64,000 bases of DNA from Octopus sinensis (GCF_006345805.1 NC_043002.1:105090001-105154000), one strand, 5' to 3'. Shown: positions 27,142-42,341, counted from the first letter of the stretch. A program made the numbers and translations. The notes: a model not told the origin generated them from the letters alone.

Positions 27142-28003
27142 GCTGTCACACATTCTTGCGTTGAGTGCAAAGGGTTTGTGGTTTCGAAATTCGATACATA
27201 TATCTTTGTAGAATAAACGTTTATTTAACAATATAATGTTATGTATTTTATTGAGCTATGTTAAGAATCTTCTTTTTATTCTGTTTTTAGGATGTTACAC
27301 CAAAAACAGAACAAAGAAATTTCAAGACTTGATATTTTATGAAAGGATTGCCAAATTAAAGCAACGGAATCAGCTCGCAATACGAGCTAAACATGAGCAT
27401 TAAGCCAGGAGATCGTCAAAAACAAAAAAAAAAGGAGCGAGGTTAAGTGTAGATCTCGAAATTGGTAGCAACACTTTCGTTAAACAAGACGTTAGCGTAG
27501 AACATGAGAAAATTCTGTACCAACGTCCGCGGTGACAGCAACCATCTTCTGACGACAATTCTTGAAGCAAACGCAGTATTGACGAAAGACGGTCCCTAAT
27601 TGCTTCAAGGTTGAAAGTTTTAAAAAATAAAAGAAGTATAGTTGAAAAATGGATTCAAGAGCGACAGGGTTCGAGTCCTTATTAGTCCAAGACTCTGAAA
27701 GTAATAAAATTACTCCTTATTAGCAAAAATATGTAGAATCTAATTGTCATTATTTGAATTAATAAAGTTTATTTGAAACTACATTAATATTTATGATTAA
27801 GGTTTGTCATTATGTTGATTGGGGCATATGGGTGTGTTTGTGCGTGGGTGCTTGTGTGTTATGCAATCTTATATATGCATAAATGCCAACGCCCAACACC
27901 CTGGGGCCTTGAGTCACACGGTTGCATCTGTTAAACATTAATAAGTAAATACATATACTCCGATTTTAAGTTCACTTTTTTCCTGTTTTCAACAACATAC
28001 TAG

Positions 28004-28041
<38 letters not shown>

Positions 28042-28083
28042 ATATATATATATGGATGGATGTATATATAAATATCTATATGA

Positions 28084-28128
<45 letters not shown>

Positions 28129-28746
28129 ATTGTAATTATATATATATATATTGTAATTATATATATACGTATGTATGAGTATGTATATATATATATATAT
28201 ATTGTAATTATATATATACGTATGTATGAGTATGTATATATATATATATATCCATACACACATAAAAACACACACATATTTAAACGTACATATCTTTGTG
28301 TGTATGTGTGCATATTTAAGCATGGATGTATGCGTAAGTATGTACGTGTGCATGTATATGAATGTATTTTTTCACACGACACTCACACACACATACATAT
28401 ATATACATATACATACATTAAACATACATTTATACATATTTGTGTAGGGGCGTGTGATTGTGTGTGCGTGTGTGATTGTGTGTGTGTGCGTGTGTGTGTG
28501 TGTAATTGTGTGTGTGTGTGTGTTAAGCTCGGGTTATGTCATTAGGTGCAACTGAATCAATATAACAAAACTCTACACAAAACAATGTTTGGTTTTGACA
28601 AAAGATTTCACTAAAGTGTAAGGGTAACACTCGTTGATAACACCAATATAAAATACGGCCTTTATGTAATAACGATAATGATATTAGTCACTCTGTTACA
28701 ACTGCCAATTATAAATACCACCACTACTACTACTACAACAACATCA

Positions 28747-28780
<34 letters not shown>

Positions 28781-29781
28781 ATAATAATAATAATAATAAT
28801 AATAATGACAGCAGCAACAACGGTAGTCATAATAGAAATCATGGTAATAATGATTGTAATAAGAAAAGTAGTAGTGGTTGTAAATACAAAAATAATAATA
28901 ACAGCAATAATAACAATAATAAGTGCAATAATTTTGATTATAAGAGTAGTAGTAGTAATAGTTGCGCTGGTAGTATCATTATTATTTGTTTTTATTTTTT
29001 ATTTTTTTTTATTTTATAGCTATTATTGCCATCATTATTTTTTTTTTTTTTTCATAAAATAGTAATATTTTATATTTTTATCAATAATGTTGTCTATTGA
29101 TATTGTTGCTCTTGATGTTAACAACTTTTTTGGAAGTACTACTAAACTTCTGTAATGATACTGGCGGCATTGGCAATGATGATGATAACGATGATGATGA
29201 TGACGACGACGCTGACGACGCCAACGCTGATACGGTGACGGCGACGAAGGCGATGATTATGATGTTGATGACGACGATGATGTCTATGAAAACTCGGATG
29301 ACATGGCGGGGAGAGAATGAAAATTGTAGTCCTTATGTCGTTGATGATGAGGAGGAAGAGGAGCAGGAGGAGGAGGAAGAGGAGCGAGTCTACACTTGCG
29401 ATGATGAAAAGTGGAAGAATGAAAATGGTGGATTTGGAATTAGTGGATTTGGTGATGATTATGATGATGGTGATAACGACAATAACGGAGATACGATGAT
29501 ACCCGGATCACCACGACGTTAAATATTTTTTTTTTCCTTTGTGCACATATCAGAAATCTGTTATTTTTTGTTTTTTGTTTGTTTGTTTTCTATACCCTGA
29601 CAGTGCAAGGAAGACAAACGTTGGCCGGAAGTAATCGCCTGAACTAGGCGGTAATGATTATGTAGATGTGAATAGCTTTTAGCATCAGAACTAACCAAAA
29701 TGTAACCAACAATACACAGCGTTAGAATCACCGATCCTGAGATCATATTTTCCCTTCTAATGGTCATCTTGTTTTGTGCAG

Positions 29782-30042
29782 GTCGTCTTTGTTTTATGAA
29801 TGCAACCTATGTGATACTCCAGTCGAGGGGTCTGATCGATATCCAAGCCCGATCAGTTCTACTTCCCGTTACAAGGGAAATCAGAATGCGAGGAGCCGAA
29901 ATGGGTTGCCCCCACATATGCCCACCCTCAGTAGTCTAAGGACAACTAATAGCCGTTTTCCAGCACCTTTATCTTCTACACGATCGTTAACGCCACCGCA
30001 ACTAGTACAAAATCCATTTCCTTTATCTGTCTCACAACTAAC
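29782..30042 (+). CDS. Candidate symmetric (phase 2/2) 261-nt coding exon, Ser/Pro/Thr-rich, product unknown
   Basis: Branch-like CTAAT, acceptor TTGTTTTGTGCAG| and donor AC|GTAAGG, where the ORF's stop is the TAA of the donor. 87 codons are open (SSLFYECNLCDTPVEGSDRYPSP..PFPLSVSQLT). The sequence is complex in a low-complexity neighbourhood. Confidence 0.5.
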
Positions 30043-30432
30043 GTAAGGGCCCTCTCTATTTCTAAACACGGCTCTGAATCGGTATGCGGTATTCACCGAT
30101 TTTGAGATAGTAAAAGGCAATATTAATGTTGGGGACCTTTTAACTAAGATACCTAGGGGACCAAACTAAAAACCACAAGGCATTATACCTGATCCTTTAA
30201 CAACTCTGCCTGTTCCCAATCTATTCTCACAATACCGCTAATTCTACATCATGTATATGATTTACCAGCACATTATCCACCACCATCAATACCACCGCTA
30301 CAAACAGCATCACCGCCTACAACACCACCGCCACCACTACTATTACAACTACTATTACTACTACTATTACAATTACTACTATTACTAGTAGTAGTACTAT
30401 TACTACTACTGCTACTACTACTACTATTGCTG

Positions 30433-30473
<41 letters not shown>

Positions 30474-30477
30474 GCTG

Positions 30478-30519
<42 letters not shown>

Positions 30520-31179
30520 AGTAGCAGCACTACCGCAACCAGCGAAGTAGACCCTCATACAACCACAGGAACAACATCAACAACGTTACAAATACCACTA
30601 AACGGAAAGGAGAGCTGCACTTAGGTCACATGAACTGCTAGAAATATCACCCAAATTACGTCTTACACTAGTAATGCATTTCTGAATATTCAATAAAGTG
30701 TTGGTCATATCCGGGATCGCTTTCAATATATTTTACCTTGACTATCGCTTGCTAGCAGTTAAACAAAATGAATACCATTGCATTTAAATACAAATAACGT
30801 AAAACAGTAATAATTCTAAAGGTCTGCATCACAACCATGTAACAACTTTATCGCAAGCCACTTTACCACTGCAACCATATCTCACTACCAGACACACTGC
30901 ACATGTTTTACCATCTCTACAAACTGAAATCCTTCAACTAATTGCCCTCCCGCTCAGGCTAACACCAAAAATATAAAAACCTTACCACTAAAAGCTGTGC
31001 CACTGGCATCAACCATACAGGACTGAGGACCCTATACCAACACCAACAATATAATACCAAAACTCTTACCACTTCAAGTAGCACTAATGTGAAGAGAGCA
31101 ATCTAAATGGCCCTCAGCCAATAAAACCTCTGCATCAAAACTGCACACTCCATTTCAATCACCATACAATTCTTTCTAA

Positions 31180-31390
31180 TTTTAGCACAAGGCCAGCACT
31201 TTTAAGTGGAGGGACTAAGTCGACTGCATTGACTTCAGTACTAAACTAGTACTTAATTTATCGACCCCATGACGATGATGAAAAGCAATGTCGACCTCGG
31301 AAGAATTTGACCTCAGAACTAATGTGTCGAAGGAAATGCCGGTAAAATGCGTTGTACGATATCCTAACGACTCCAGCAGCTCGCCACCCT
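31180..31390 (-). mobile_element. Diverged tRNA/Nin(Deu)-type SINE
   Basis: Homologous to 32508-32740. Confidence 0.7.
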
Positions 31391-32507
31391 ATCTTCATTA
31401 CTCTATTGCCTTATAACACGAGTAAGTTTACTACTGTCTCAGGCCGTACTGAAATGTTTTAAAATGTTTATTTCAAATTAGAACGTCCTGAGTAAGGGTT
31501 TACAACCCGGAATCTTGTGTCATGTTGTTTTGATCGAATATTTGATCAAGCGACCTGCATCTGGGAAGGTAGAAACTGCACGGAAGCTCACAGGTCGGGC
31601 TATATTGTATACGTTCTCCTTGTGATGCTCTGAATATGACTGAGACTCTCTCGAAACGTGCAATAGTAATTCAATAACAAAGTAGTCCAGTTTCTGGAAC
31701 AAATAAAGTTTAGCGTTGAAACCGACGAGGAAACAATCAAATGCCCTTCACTAAAACAATATCGCTGGCAACAACTACATGACACTACCAGCTCAACCAT
31801 TATATGTATTGCTTTCACCAACAGCTGCAGAACAGGCTGCACAAACAGGGAGTCACAAACAACATTAAACAAATCCTACGAGAATCTCACTTCAAAATCC
31901 CGCACTCTGAAAAGCCCTCATCACACGCCTGACCGTCTTCAAAATGGCCATGTACATTTGATATTTTAGTCTTAGATAATCTGTGACTGATGAATATTAA
32001 ACCTGGTGATCATGGGTGTGAAGATTTCAATGGGCCTCAACCACGTGAGAATAGATATTTAGTTATCACTCAGCAAAAGAAACAAGACAACCGATTGAGG
32101 GACAAATTGGATATAACACTTCCTTAATTCATTCATTAAAGACGTGGAAAATATCAAATAAATGATATTCTGTAGTTACTGAAAGCGAAAGAATCCTAGA
32201 TTTTCATGGGGCACAGAAAGGGCCTTCGTACATAACAGCATGTTGAGGCATGACTTGATCTAAATAACAAAACATAAAAACAATCGCAACATCAAGGAGA
32301 ATAAGATGACAACATAACAACCACAACATCACCAAATGTACATCTGATTATAAGAAAACATCGAAACTATATTTAAATTGAATGCGTCCCATTAGCAACA
32401 CAAATACTTTCAAACGTTACTGAAACGTCTATCGGCCTAAATCTACTTCCGACAGACCAAAACACCAGCCACAGCAACACACTTGCAACACACTTCTAAG
32501 CAAAAAG

Positions 32508-32740
32508 GGCGGCGAGCTGGCAGAAACGTTAGCACGCTAGGTGAAATGCTTAGCAGTATTTCGTCTGCCGCTACGTTCTGAGTTCAAATTCTACCGAGGT
32601 CGACTTTGCATTTCATCCTTTCGGGGTTGATAAATTAAGTACCAGTTACGCACTGGTGTCGATGTAATCGACTTAATCCCTTTGTTTGTCCTTGTTTGTC
32701 TCTTCTATGTTTAGCCTCTTGTGGGCAATAAAGAAATAAA
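32508..32740 (+). mobile_element. tRNA/Nin(Deu)-type SINE, well preserved
   Basis: GGCGGCGAGCTGGCAGAAACGTTAGC..GAGTTCAAATTC..GAGGTCGACTTTGCATTTCATCCTTTCGGGGTTGATAAA..CAATAAAGAAATA. Confidence 0.88.
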
Positions 32741-33009
32741 CACACTTCTAAGACAATCACCACCACTACCACAACCACTGCATTTATACCAGAACCAACT
32801 TCGAAAATTCAAATTGTACTACCATAAGAGCCACTACATCACAAAACAGTACCACCATCACCACCACCTCCACAGTAGATTAACGACAAGCAACTCCCCT
32901 ACAAGTGACCGTTGTAAAAGACCAAGACCCTCGACAATATAGCCACCGTCTTCACTAGCACCACCAGATGCAGTTCCAAGCAAGAGCCATCTCCATCTTC
33001 AACGCCACC

Positions 33010-33527
33010 GTCACGTTAGGACCATTACTAAAGCCAACACCACCGTCAACACCACCAACATTGCCACATCAGTAACACAAATATCTTTAACACCGCGAGT
33101 GGCACCAACGCCGCCACCACCACCAACACTACTAACGCCAGCCCAGCCAGGACCAACACCACCATCGCTACAACTACTGACACCAACACAGCCATGACGA
33201 TCACGACCGATACTACAACAAACTACCGCCACCACCACCACCATCAACAACAACAACAACAACAACGCTACTAACGCCAGCACAGCAAGGACCACCGCCA
33301 CGACCGCTACTACTACTACTACTACTAACACCAACACAGCCATGACGACCACAACCAATACTACAACAAACGCAACCACCACCACTACCACCACCACTAT
33401 CACCAACAACACTTCTAACGCCAGCACAGCAAAGACCACCACCACCACCACCACCACGACTGCTACTATTACTAACACCAACACAACCAAGACGATCACG
33501 ACCGATACTACTACAAACACAACCGTC

Positions 33528-33558
<31 letters not shown>

Positions 33559-33870
33559 CTAACGCCAGCACAGCAAGGACCACCACCACCACCACCACCA
33601 CCTTCATCCTACTACTACTAACACCAACACAGCCATGACGACCACGACCAATGCTACTACAAACCACCACCACCACCACCACCACCACCTTCATCGCTAC
33701 TACTACTAACACCAACACAGCCATGACGACCACGACCAATGCTACTACAAACCACCACCACCACCACCACCACCACCACCTTCATCGCTACTACTACTAA
33801 CACCAACACAGCCATGACGACCACGACCAATGCTACTACAAACCACCACCACCACCACCACCACCACCGT
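33010..33870. repeat. ACC/ACT/AAC cryptic repeat with an 88/91-nt higher-order unit at 33603-33870
   Basis: AACACAGCCATGACGACCACGACCAATGCTACTACAAACC recurs at ~33626, 33714 and 33805. Confidence 0.85.
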
Positions 33871-34599
33871 CAAACAGCCACTAAATCAACAACAAAAACA
33901 ACAGCGACACCTACCAGTTATCTATTGTACTAAATCTGTACAATGGAGTAGCCTCAAGCTTTGCTCTCAACTTTCTTGTTTAGCATTTTTATTTCTTATT
34001 ATTTTTCATATTTTTCTAATGTTTTCCCCAGTGTTTTTTTACGTTGATTTCCTTCGTTATATTCTTTTTTGTTTCTTTATTGTATGTTTTGATTGTTATT
34101 TTTGTTTTGTTTTTTGGAGGGGCTTGTTGTTAGTATATTTTACTATGTTTTTTTTTTTTTTTTACTACATACATTGTTTTTTTTTTCTTTATTTTTCCTC
34201 TATATAGATTTTGATGGTAAGAAGCGATCCAACCTCATTCAGGAGATGTCATAATGTTTTATTTCAATACAACATTATTGACGTGGTAAACAAATAGGAA
34301 AATTTCTCATCGATTATTTTGGCAGGGCATCTTAAGAGAAGATAATAGAATACGATGGAAAGGAGAGAAGAAGGAGGAGGAGAAGAAGAAGAAGAAGAAG
34401 AAGTGGTGGAGCAAGGAGGGTCGGTGATGGCGGCAGGTAAAGAAGCAACAACGGATAACAAACAAACAGGAGTAAAAAGTGCACTGTGTAACAGATGTAG
34501 AGGGCGAAAACAATATGGCGTTAGGAATTGTTTTACTTTCAAAATGGCACATCACAAGATACTACTCATCTTTAGACAAACTTTCAGACATTTATTATG

Positions 34600-34748
34600 A
34601 TCATTATTATTATTGTTGTTATTATTATTATTATTATTATTATATTATTATTATTATTATTATTTTTATTTTTATTGTCATTATTATTATTATTATGATC
34701 ATTATTATTATTGTTATTATTATTATTATTATTATTATTTTTATTGTC

Positions 34749-34786
<38 letters not shown>

Positions 34787-34884
34787 GATCATTATTATTA
34801 TTATTATGATCATTATTATTATTATTATTATATTATTATTATTATTATAATTATTATTATTATTATTATATTATTATTATTATA

Positions 34885-34923
<39 letters not shown>

Positions 34924-34925
34924 CG
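34600..34925. repeat. (ATT)n microsatellite
   Basis: Visible directly. Confidence 0.95.
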
Positions 34926-35552
34926 TTGTTATTGTTGTTGTTTTTGTTATTAATGTTGTTCTTGCTAATCTTATTAATGTTAATATTGTTGGAATGTTTT
35001 ACTATAATTTTAGGGCACGAGATAGCAGAATCGGTCCAGTTCCGGACGAAATGATGGTTGCAGAGTTTGTGGAAATGCTCCTTATAGTGGTTGTGGCGGT
35101 GGTGCCGGTGGAGGTTGATCGTGGTGATGTTGCTGTTGGTGTGGTTATGGCAGTGTGTGTGTGTGGGGGGGGGGGTTGTGATGGTGGCTCTCACAGTGAG
35201 ATAAAACATGTATAAACGTCACTGAAAACGCTTTCATATTGTTAGTTACCGTTCTTAAAATCCCTAATCCTCTTAAGTTCTTCCTAGTTTACCATTGTTT
35301 ATCAAAATTCCAGAATCAATGGCATAATTGACAGTTCAATGCTGGGTTCAGTTCAAGAGCCTATTACATCCCAGTTCTTACCAATGCAGAACTACACCAA
35401 ACAATTTCTCAAACTACGAAGATGATATAATCGACTATAATTCTCTCCTTAAGCTAAAGTAATAATTTTTATTCATTATTATTATTATCAATATTTTATT
35501 ATTATTATTATTATTATTGTTATTATTATTATTATTATTATTATCATTATTA

Positions 35553-35611
<59 letters not shown>

Positions 35612-35612
<1 letters not shown>

Positions 35613-36920
35613 TTTATTGTCTTTGTACAGCTTCTAACACTTGAGATGTATTACGGTGCCAGCTCTTCACTACCAGTAAACTAAGGTAGCACCTCTTATT
35701 TTTCGAGCATCATCCGGAGTATTCGAGCAGTTATAAGCAGTGCTGTTTTCTGCAAATGCTCCACCCTTATTGCAGCCCCTACTTGTTCCATGTACTATTT
35801 CATTGGTACTATTCCCACCTTTTTAGTGAGCACAACTGCTTAACCTCCCAAGCTAACCTGTCATATTTATCGACTTTTCTTTCTTCCTTATCGTATACCT
35901 TGTTGTCAGCTGGGCATTCTATATCAATGATCACGCATCGTTTGCTTTCTTTCTCAAGTCAGACTATATATGGTTTCTTATTCTCTATCTCATGGTCGCA
36001 CTGAATCAAAAAATCCTTCACGATCTCTGCATTATAATTTTCGATGATGCCTTCGTTTTTATGTCCGTACAACATTTTTTCTCTGTCAAGTACATACTTG
36101 TTGCAAAGTGCCCAATGGACAATTCTTGCTATATTGCCATGAGTCTCTTATATTCCTTCTGGACTAGTGGCGTATATTCACTCGTAATATATCATACGGT
36201 TTCACCCCTTTGTCCACAGATTCTGCACTTGTCACTTTCTACTGTGTTTATTCTATACCTTATTTAGTTTGTTCTTAATGCTTGCTCTTGGGCAGAACAG
36301 ATTAGAGCCTCCGTTTCCGGTTTTAAATCACTTTTAGTCATCCACGGTCATCATTTTTCTCTGTCTGTCTTATCTTCAACATCCCTATGAAATTGACCAT
36401 GCATTCTTTTCTTTACCCACCTATTTTCAGTTACATTCGTTTTCAATTTCTTGTATAGTGCTTTATTTTTGCAATCCGTCATCCTACACAAACATGACCT
36501 TCTTACTTCTAATAGCAGTTCTGTGGCATTTTTCACATACCATGCTATGTTGCTTTCTTCTGCTCTAATGCTGTGTTCGCATCCAAAAAGTCCTCTTCCC
36601 CCTCTTTTTCTTGGTACATACAGTCATTCTGTGTCACTTGTTGAGTAGAGTGACCCATATCTAGTTAGCAGCTTCCTTGTCTTTCTGTCTAAGTTGTTTT
36701 GTTTGTATACTGCCCATACGATTACTCCTGCTCCATATAAAAGTAGGGAAACCACCCATGTGTTGATAGCTTCGATCTTATTCCATCCGTTTAATTTCCA
36801 TTTTTTTGCAGATGTCCGTAAATTGACTCTGCCATTATTCCAGTCAATAATTTCCACATAAGTGGCAAGCAGGATATCGACCTGTAATTCTCTACCGTAT
36901 TGCATTTTTGATGTTTTTCG
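35612..36920 (-). mobile_element. 5'-truncated Dong/R4-type non-LTR retrotransposon (RT thumb, CCHC-like finger, RLE endonuclease) inserted in (TAA)n
   Basis: NKIEAINTWVVSLL.YGAG, LDRKTRKLLT, LYVPRKRGGRGL, ETEALICSAQEQAL, CRICGQ..ETV and KRCVIIDIECPADNKVYDKEERKVDKY. (ATT)n lies on both sides. Confidence 0.88.
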
Positions 36921-36931
36921 ATTATTATTAC

Positions 36932-36972
<41 letters not shown>

Positions 36973-39102
36973 GCTAGTAGGCTTGAGGGAGGATTTGAGC
37001 AGAAGTTTAGATTTATCGTGATTTACTTCATTAAAATAAGATTGCTATAAGAAAATTGTTCAAAATTTGTTTCTGTCGACGCAAATAAGAATCATTTTAG
37101 TTAAGCAAAAAATAACACGGAGAATGAGATCGAATTACAAGGCTTAAGACGCTTCAACTCCAAATATCCATTTTACCGTGTTTACAACATAACACTTTGT
37201 CGGAAAGCATTGTTTGAAAGTCATTTCACAGAGTAGATTGCGAATTCTAAGCTGAGATTTTTTTATTTCCAATTCCTTTGTTGAATATAGATGGATCCAT
37301 AAAGAAGTGGAAGAAAGGCTTGAAAGGAGTATATGAGTTAATCTAAGTTTTATCTTTCTTCCAAATATGCAGAAGGCAGTATTAAGCATATAGCCATATT
37401 TTTATTGAAAATTATTGCCGTTAAAAATTAGGAAATTCTTCGAGGTCTGACAGATAAGAGAGCGAAAGTGAAGCCATTTGGCCAATTATAAGATCTAATT
37501 GAGAAACATATTCACATTTCATCTTGCAGGATTCTTGAACGGTTTTTTATTGCTTTAGGGATTAGATAGAAGACGAAGCCTTCAGTTTTTACCTCACAAA
37601 ATTTGCAAAATAATGCCGAAAAAACATTTAGGCAAGACCAACATTTAGACATCAAAGAGACAGACTAGCAACGAGGTGAAAGAGAAGTAATATCAGAGGA
37701 AAAGAGAACCGTGGAGTTGGAGAAAACTCTTGAATTATCAGACAAAATTGTGTGATCCACAAAATTATTTCCAAGAACATTCAGAGGAGACATGACAAAT
37801 AGACTTGAATGTTAACACTAAAGTAGTGCCTCCCATTTTCCTCTATGCATCGTTTAAATATATAATTTTTTTTTAAATATTTTTTATTCAAAAGTGTGGA
37901 GCATACTGTCGGCTGTGAGAAGACTGAAGAAGACAATCTGGTATAAAGGCAGGATGACAGAAAGACGAGAGTAAATAAGTTACATGTTGATAATTACGGT
38001 TGCATGGGTTAGGTAGTGAGGACAAAGAGAAATAAATGTTTGAATTGTATACAATTGTGTGTCATATACACACTAGGTGGTGCAGGTTTATTTGCATGTG
38101 ATTTTCTCGAGATATCAGAGCTCTGATCCCAGTGAAGGATTTAAGAAACTTCAAAATAGAAAAGTGTATATTGAGAATGATAAACAAGAAACATCGGTGA
38201 AAGCTTATATTGGGGAGGTGACGGAGCTACAAATTGATTGGCAATGTTGCATTATGGGTAGATTTCCTAATGAGAACTTGAAAGTGTTGCGAGTCACGTT
38301 TGGTTCATCATGAGACGGTTAGGTTGTTTATATGATTTTCAGGGTAAATTGATATGATACCAACATTAGACTATAGTGGAACTTCTTCTGTATATTATTC
38401 TCCGAAAGGCAGAAACGAAGATTAATGAATCAGAAGGAGTGCGACAAGTATCTCTTAAAATGTCAAATATTCTATAACGCTACTTTTATTGCCTGTGTAC
38501 CCATAGATGGGGCAACCAAACATCAATGCGGATATTAAAATGATATGCAACGCTTGCGAATTATGCATGCAGAATCAAATCAGTCCCCAAAGCACAGAAT
38601 CCTTAAAGGTAACATCCAACTCAAAATTGGGAAGGAATACGTTTAAACGGTGCTAGGATTATTCCTGAGATAATACATTTTCCGTTACACTTCGTGCATG
38701 CATGAATTAGTTCGACATGCGGAGAAGGAATTCCTCGGTTGCAACAGCCATAGTTAACATATTGAAACGAATCATTGTCATTCATGGTTTAATAATTTTT
38801 TCACAGATAAGTATCACAAATATGTATTACTTAACCTCAAGTGACTTAGCTCTTCGCAAATTGCAATAGGCACTAAAGAAGAAGACAGAAGGAAATTACG
38901 GACAACATTGAGGCTGTTGACGTAGGTAGATTCGTGTTCTCGTTCAGAATTCCATTGCATTCACCAAATCCGGAGTTGGTCAGGATCAAATGCATGCTAC
39001 GGAAAGAAATTCAATTTCTAAAACCACATTTAAAGCCATGTGAAAGAAACTAATTGACCAAATGGAAAGCCAAACGTACAAATACATCCATGGGCACCCG
39101 CA

Positions 39103-39166
<64 letters not shown>

Positions 39167-39924
39167 ATATATATATTATATATATGTAGGTGCGTGTATT
39201 TTTATGTGTGTGTATGTTGTATGTATGTATGTATGTATATATATGTATATGAACAAAGTCAACGAATGAGATCCAGAGAAAACAGTAGCGTTCAAGGGAT
39301 TTGAGCATACACACCAAAACCTTGAAGGAGGATTAAGTCCGCGGGGTAAACAGTGGCTATAAGAGGAATCCATGTGAGCAGGTATGGAGATAAAAAATGT
39401 AAATAAAGAAATACAACCGCTTGGGATAGATGGATATATAGAATATACATACATACATTGCGAGAAATCAAAGACTGAAAATAGGTTATGAACATTAATG
39501 AATAAATATATAGATATTCATATATTAACAGAATAAAAGGGCAAAAAAACAATCTTAAAGGTGATTGCAAGGTATCACAGGTCCAACAGATATCAGTGGG
39601 GCATCGGAATGACGTCATTATATTCGTAGCTGTAGTTCGCAAAACGTTACGTATACGTAGCGCGCAATGGAAGCATGTAAACATTAAGTAAATCCAGCTT
39701 CCCTCTTCAGGGTGGAGAGATAGCTATCTCTATTTATATGTATATATGTATGAATATTTTACGTATCTAACTCAAGAAGTTTCATTTGTTTATTTATATC
39801 ATCATCCTTCTCTGTATACATGAATGTTTGCATGAAAAGGACACTAGATATTGATAGACATATATATAAATACATACATATAAATTATATATATATATAT
39901 AGATATATATATATATATATATAG

Positions 39925-39982
<58 letters not shown>

Positions 39983-40209
39983 ACAGACAGATATATGTAT
40001 ATATATCATTATAAAAGGGTAAAATTAATTCGTTAATTTATCATTAATTAGTTAATGATTAATAATTTTACCAAGTAGTCAGTAGGTTAAAATAACCTTT
40101 TAGCGTCTATTTCAAATTTGGTGCGTGGCGAAGGAATTATAGCTGATCCCTGATTATAATTATGTATATAATTATAGAATATTTATATATATATATATAT
40201 ATATATATA

Positions 40210-40597
40210 GGCGCAGGAGTGGCTGTGTGGTAAGTAGCTTGCTAACCAACTACATGGTTCCGGGTTCAGTTTCACTGCGTGGCATCTTGGGCAAGTGTCT
40301 TGTGAGTGGATTTGGTAGACGGAAACTGAAAGAAGCCCGTCGTATATATGTATATATATATATGTATGTGTGTGTATGTGTTTGTGTGTCTGTGTTTGTC
40401 CCCCTAGCATTGCTTGACAACCGATGCTGGTGTGTTAATGTCCCCGTCACTTAGCGGTTCGGCAAAAGAGACCGATAGAATAAGTACTGGGCTTACAAAG
40501 AATAAGTCCCGGGTTCGATTTGCTCGACTAAAGGCGGTGCTCCAGCATGGCCGCAGTCAAATGACTGAAACAAGTAAAAGAGTAAGAGTAAAAGAAT
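40210..40597 (+). mobile_element. tRNA/CORE-type SINE, near full length
   Basis: Same architecture as 21430-21830. Tail GGCGGTGCTCCAGCATGGCCGCAGTCAAATGACTGAAACAAGTAAAAGAG. Confidence 0.9.
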
Positions 40598-41891
40598 ATG
40601 TGAGTGTGTGCGTGTGCGTGTGTGTGTGTGTGTGTATGTGTGTGTGTGTCTATAATTTACCTCTGTAATGGTCTTTGTATGTATGCACATGAATGCATCT
40701 ATGGGATAATCTGACATTTAGGATGTGTCTGTATTTATGTTGTGAAGCTTAGCAGTGGGGCAAAAAGAGATCAAATTAGTTGCGATTTTGATGTGATCTA
40801 CTTCAGCCTTTGACAAGTTGTAAGCGATCATATCCATCCAATGTTGTGCCTGAATCACGTGCAGGAACAAAAGAAATATTCGTTTCACTCACAGAATTTC
40901 TAGAAATACTTTATTCACGTTTCAGCTATAGATTTGGAAAAGATACGATATTATTTAAGGGAGTTTACGCTGCTCTTTCTAGCAGGGAATTGGTTGTATT
41001 GATCAATATTTATTATTTCCATGATGATTAGGTTAGTAGTGGCAATGGTGAATTTTAGCAAATATACAGAAAAAAGAAATGACGTGTTTATCCCGAAGAG
41101 AGAGATAGAGATATAGGTAAAGAGAGATAGATAGATAGAGGGAGGGAAAGAGAGAGAAATATGTAGGTAGAAAAGGAGAGAAGTATAGAGAGAAATGAGT
41201 GGATAGAGAGAGAGAAAGAGAAAGAGTGAAGACAAAAAGACCGAGAAAATATGTTCTATCATAAACTGACTTCATTGGTGAACATTTAGAAAAAAAAAGG
41301 AAAAATGCACCAAAAAACTCCAAAAGAATATATAAACTTTAAAAAGCGTCATTGAGTAAAATGGAAACAATAGGGGTTTTAAACAAAACAACAAAGAAAA
41401 ACAAATGGCCAGAAAACAACTGATGTTTTTTTGTGTGTGTTTTGTGTATAGAGAGGGCAGGATAATTGATAAGATGTGTTGTTGGACTGTCAAGTTTATA
41501 GATCCAATAAATGATCAGGCTAATTATAAAAGATCTGTAATGAATCACAGCTCCGATAAACGAGTCAGATTGCTTTGATCGAGCAGTTACGCTACCAATG
41601 TAACCTGCGTGCAATAGTTTGCCATACAATACAGATCGATGGCGTTGCCATGGACGACGATCATAATAACGAGACTCATTGTGTGTGTAATGTATTTCTG
41701 CGAATTCTCTCTCCCACGCTCTCTCTCTCTCTCTCTCTCTACTTCTCTCACACAACCCCCATACACACCTATACTCAAACACACAAAAATATTTACACAT
41801 GCATAAATATTGGTATATATATTCCTAATATACATATGTATATATATATGTATATATACATATATATACATGTGTATGCATATATGTAATA

Positions 41892-41923
<32 letters not shown>

Positions 41924-42113
41924 CTTGTTATATGTGTGTGTATATATATATGTCTATACATGTGTAAAGTATATATATAAATATATATATATGCGTGTGC
42001 GCGCATGTATACATGCACACATATAAATAAATATATGTATGTACACAAACAGTCACACGTACATAGATACTCATACATGCGTGTGTGTGAGTGTATACAT
42101 ATACGTGTTTATT

Positions 42114-42146
<33 letters not shown>

Positions 42147-42185
42147 ATGTATGTGTATATATATATATATGTATATATATATATG

Positions 42186-42240
<55 letters not shown>

Positions 42241-42254
42241 GTATATATATAATA

Positions 42255-42341
<87 letters not shown>

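Noticed and set aside
29097-29522. 141-aa acidic ORF
   Set aside because: It is built from GAT/GAC/GAG triplet repeats like the neighbouring non-coding tracts, and no splice signals were identified.
31625-31665. CUGAAUA...GAAACGUG hammerhead-like string
   Set aside because: G8 is lost, the cleavage-site base is G, and stem I is unconvincing.
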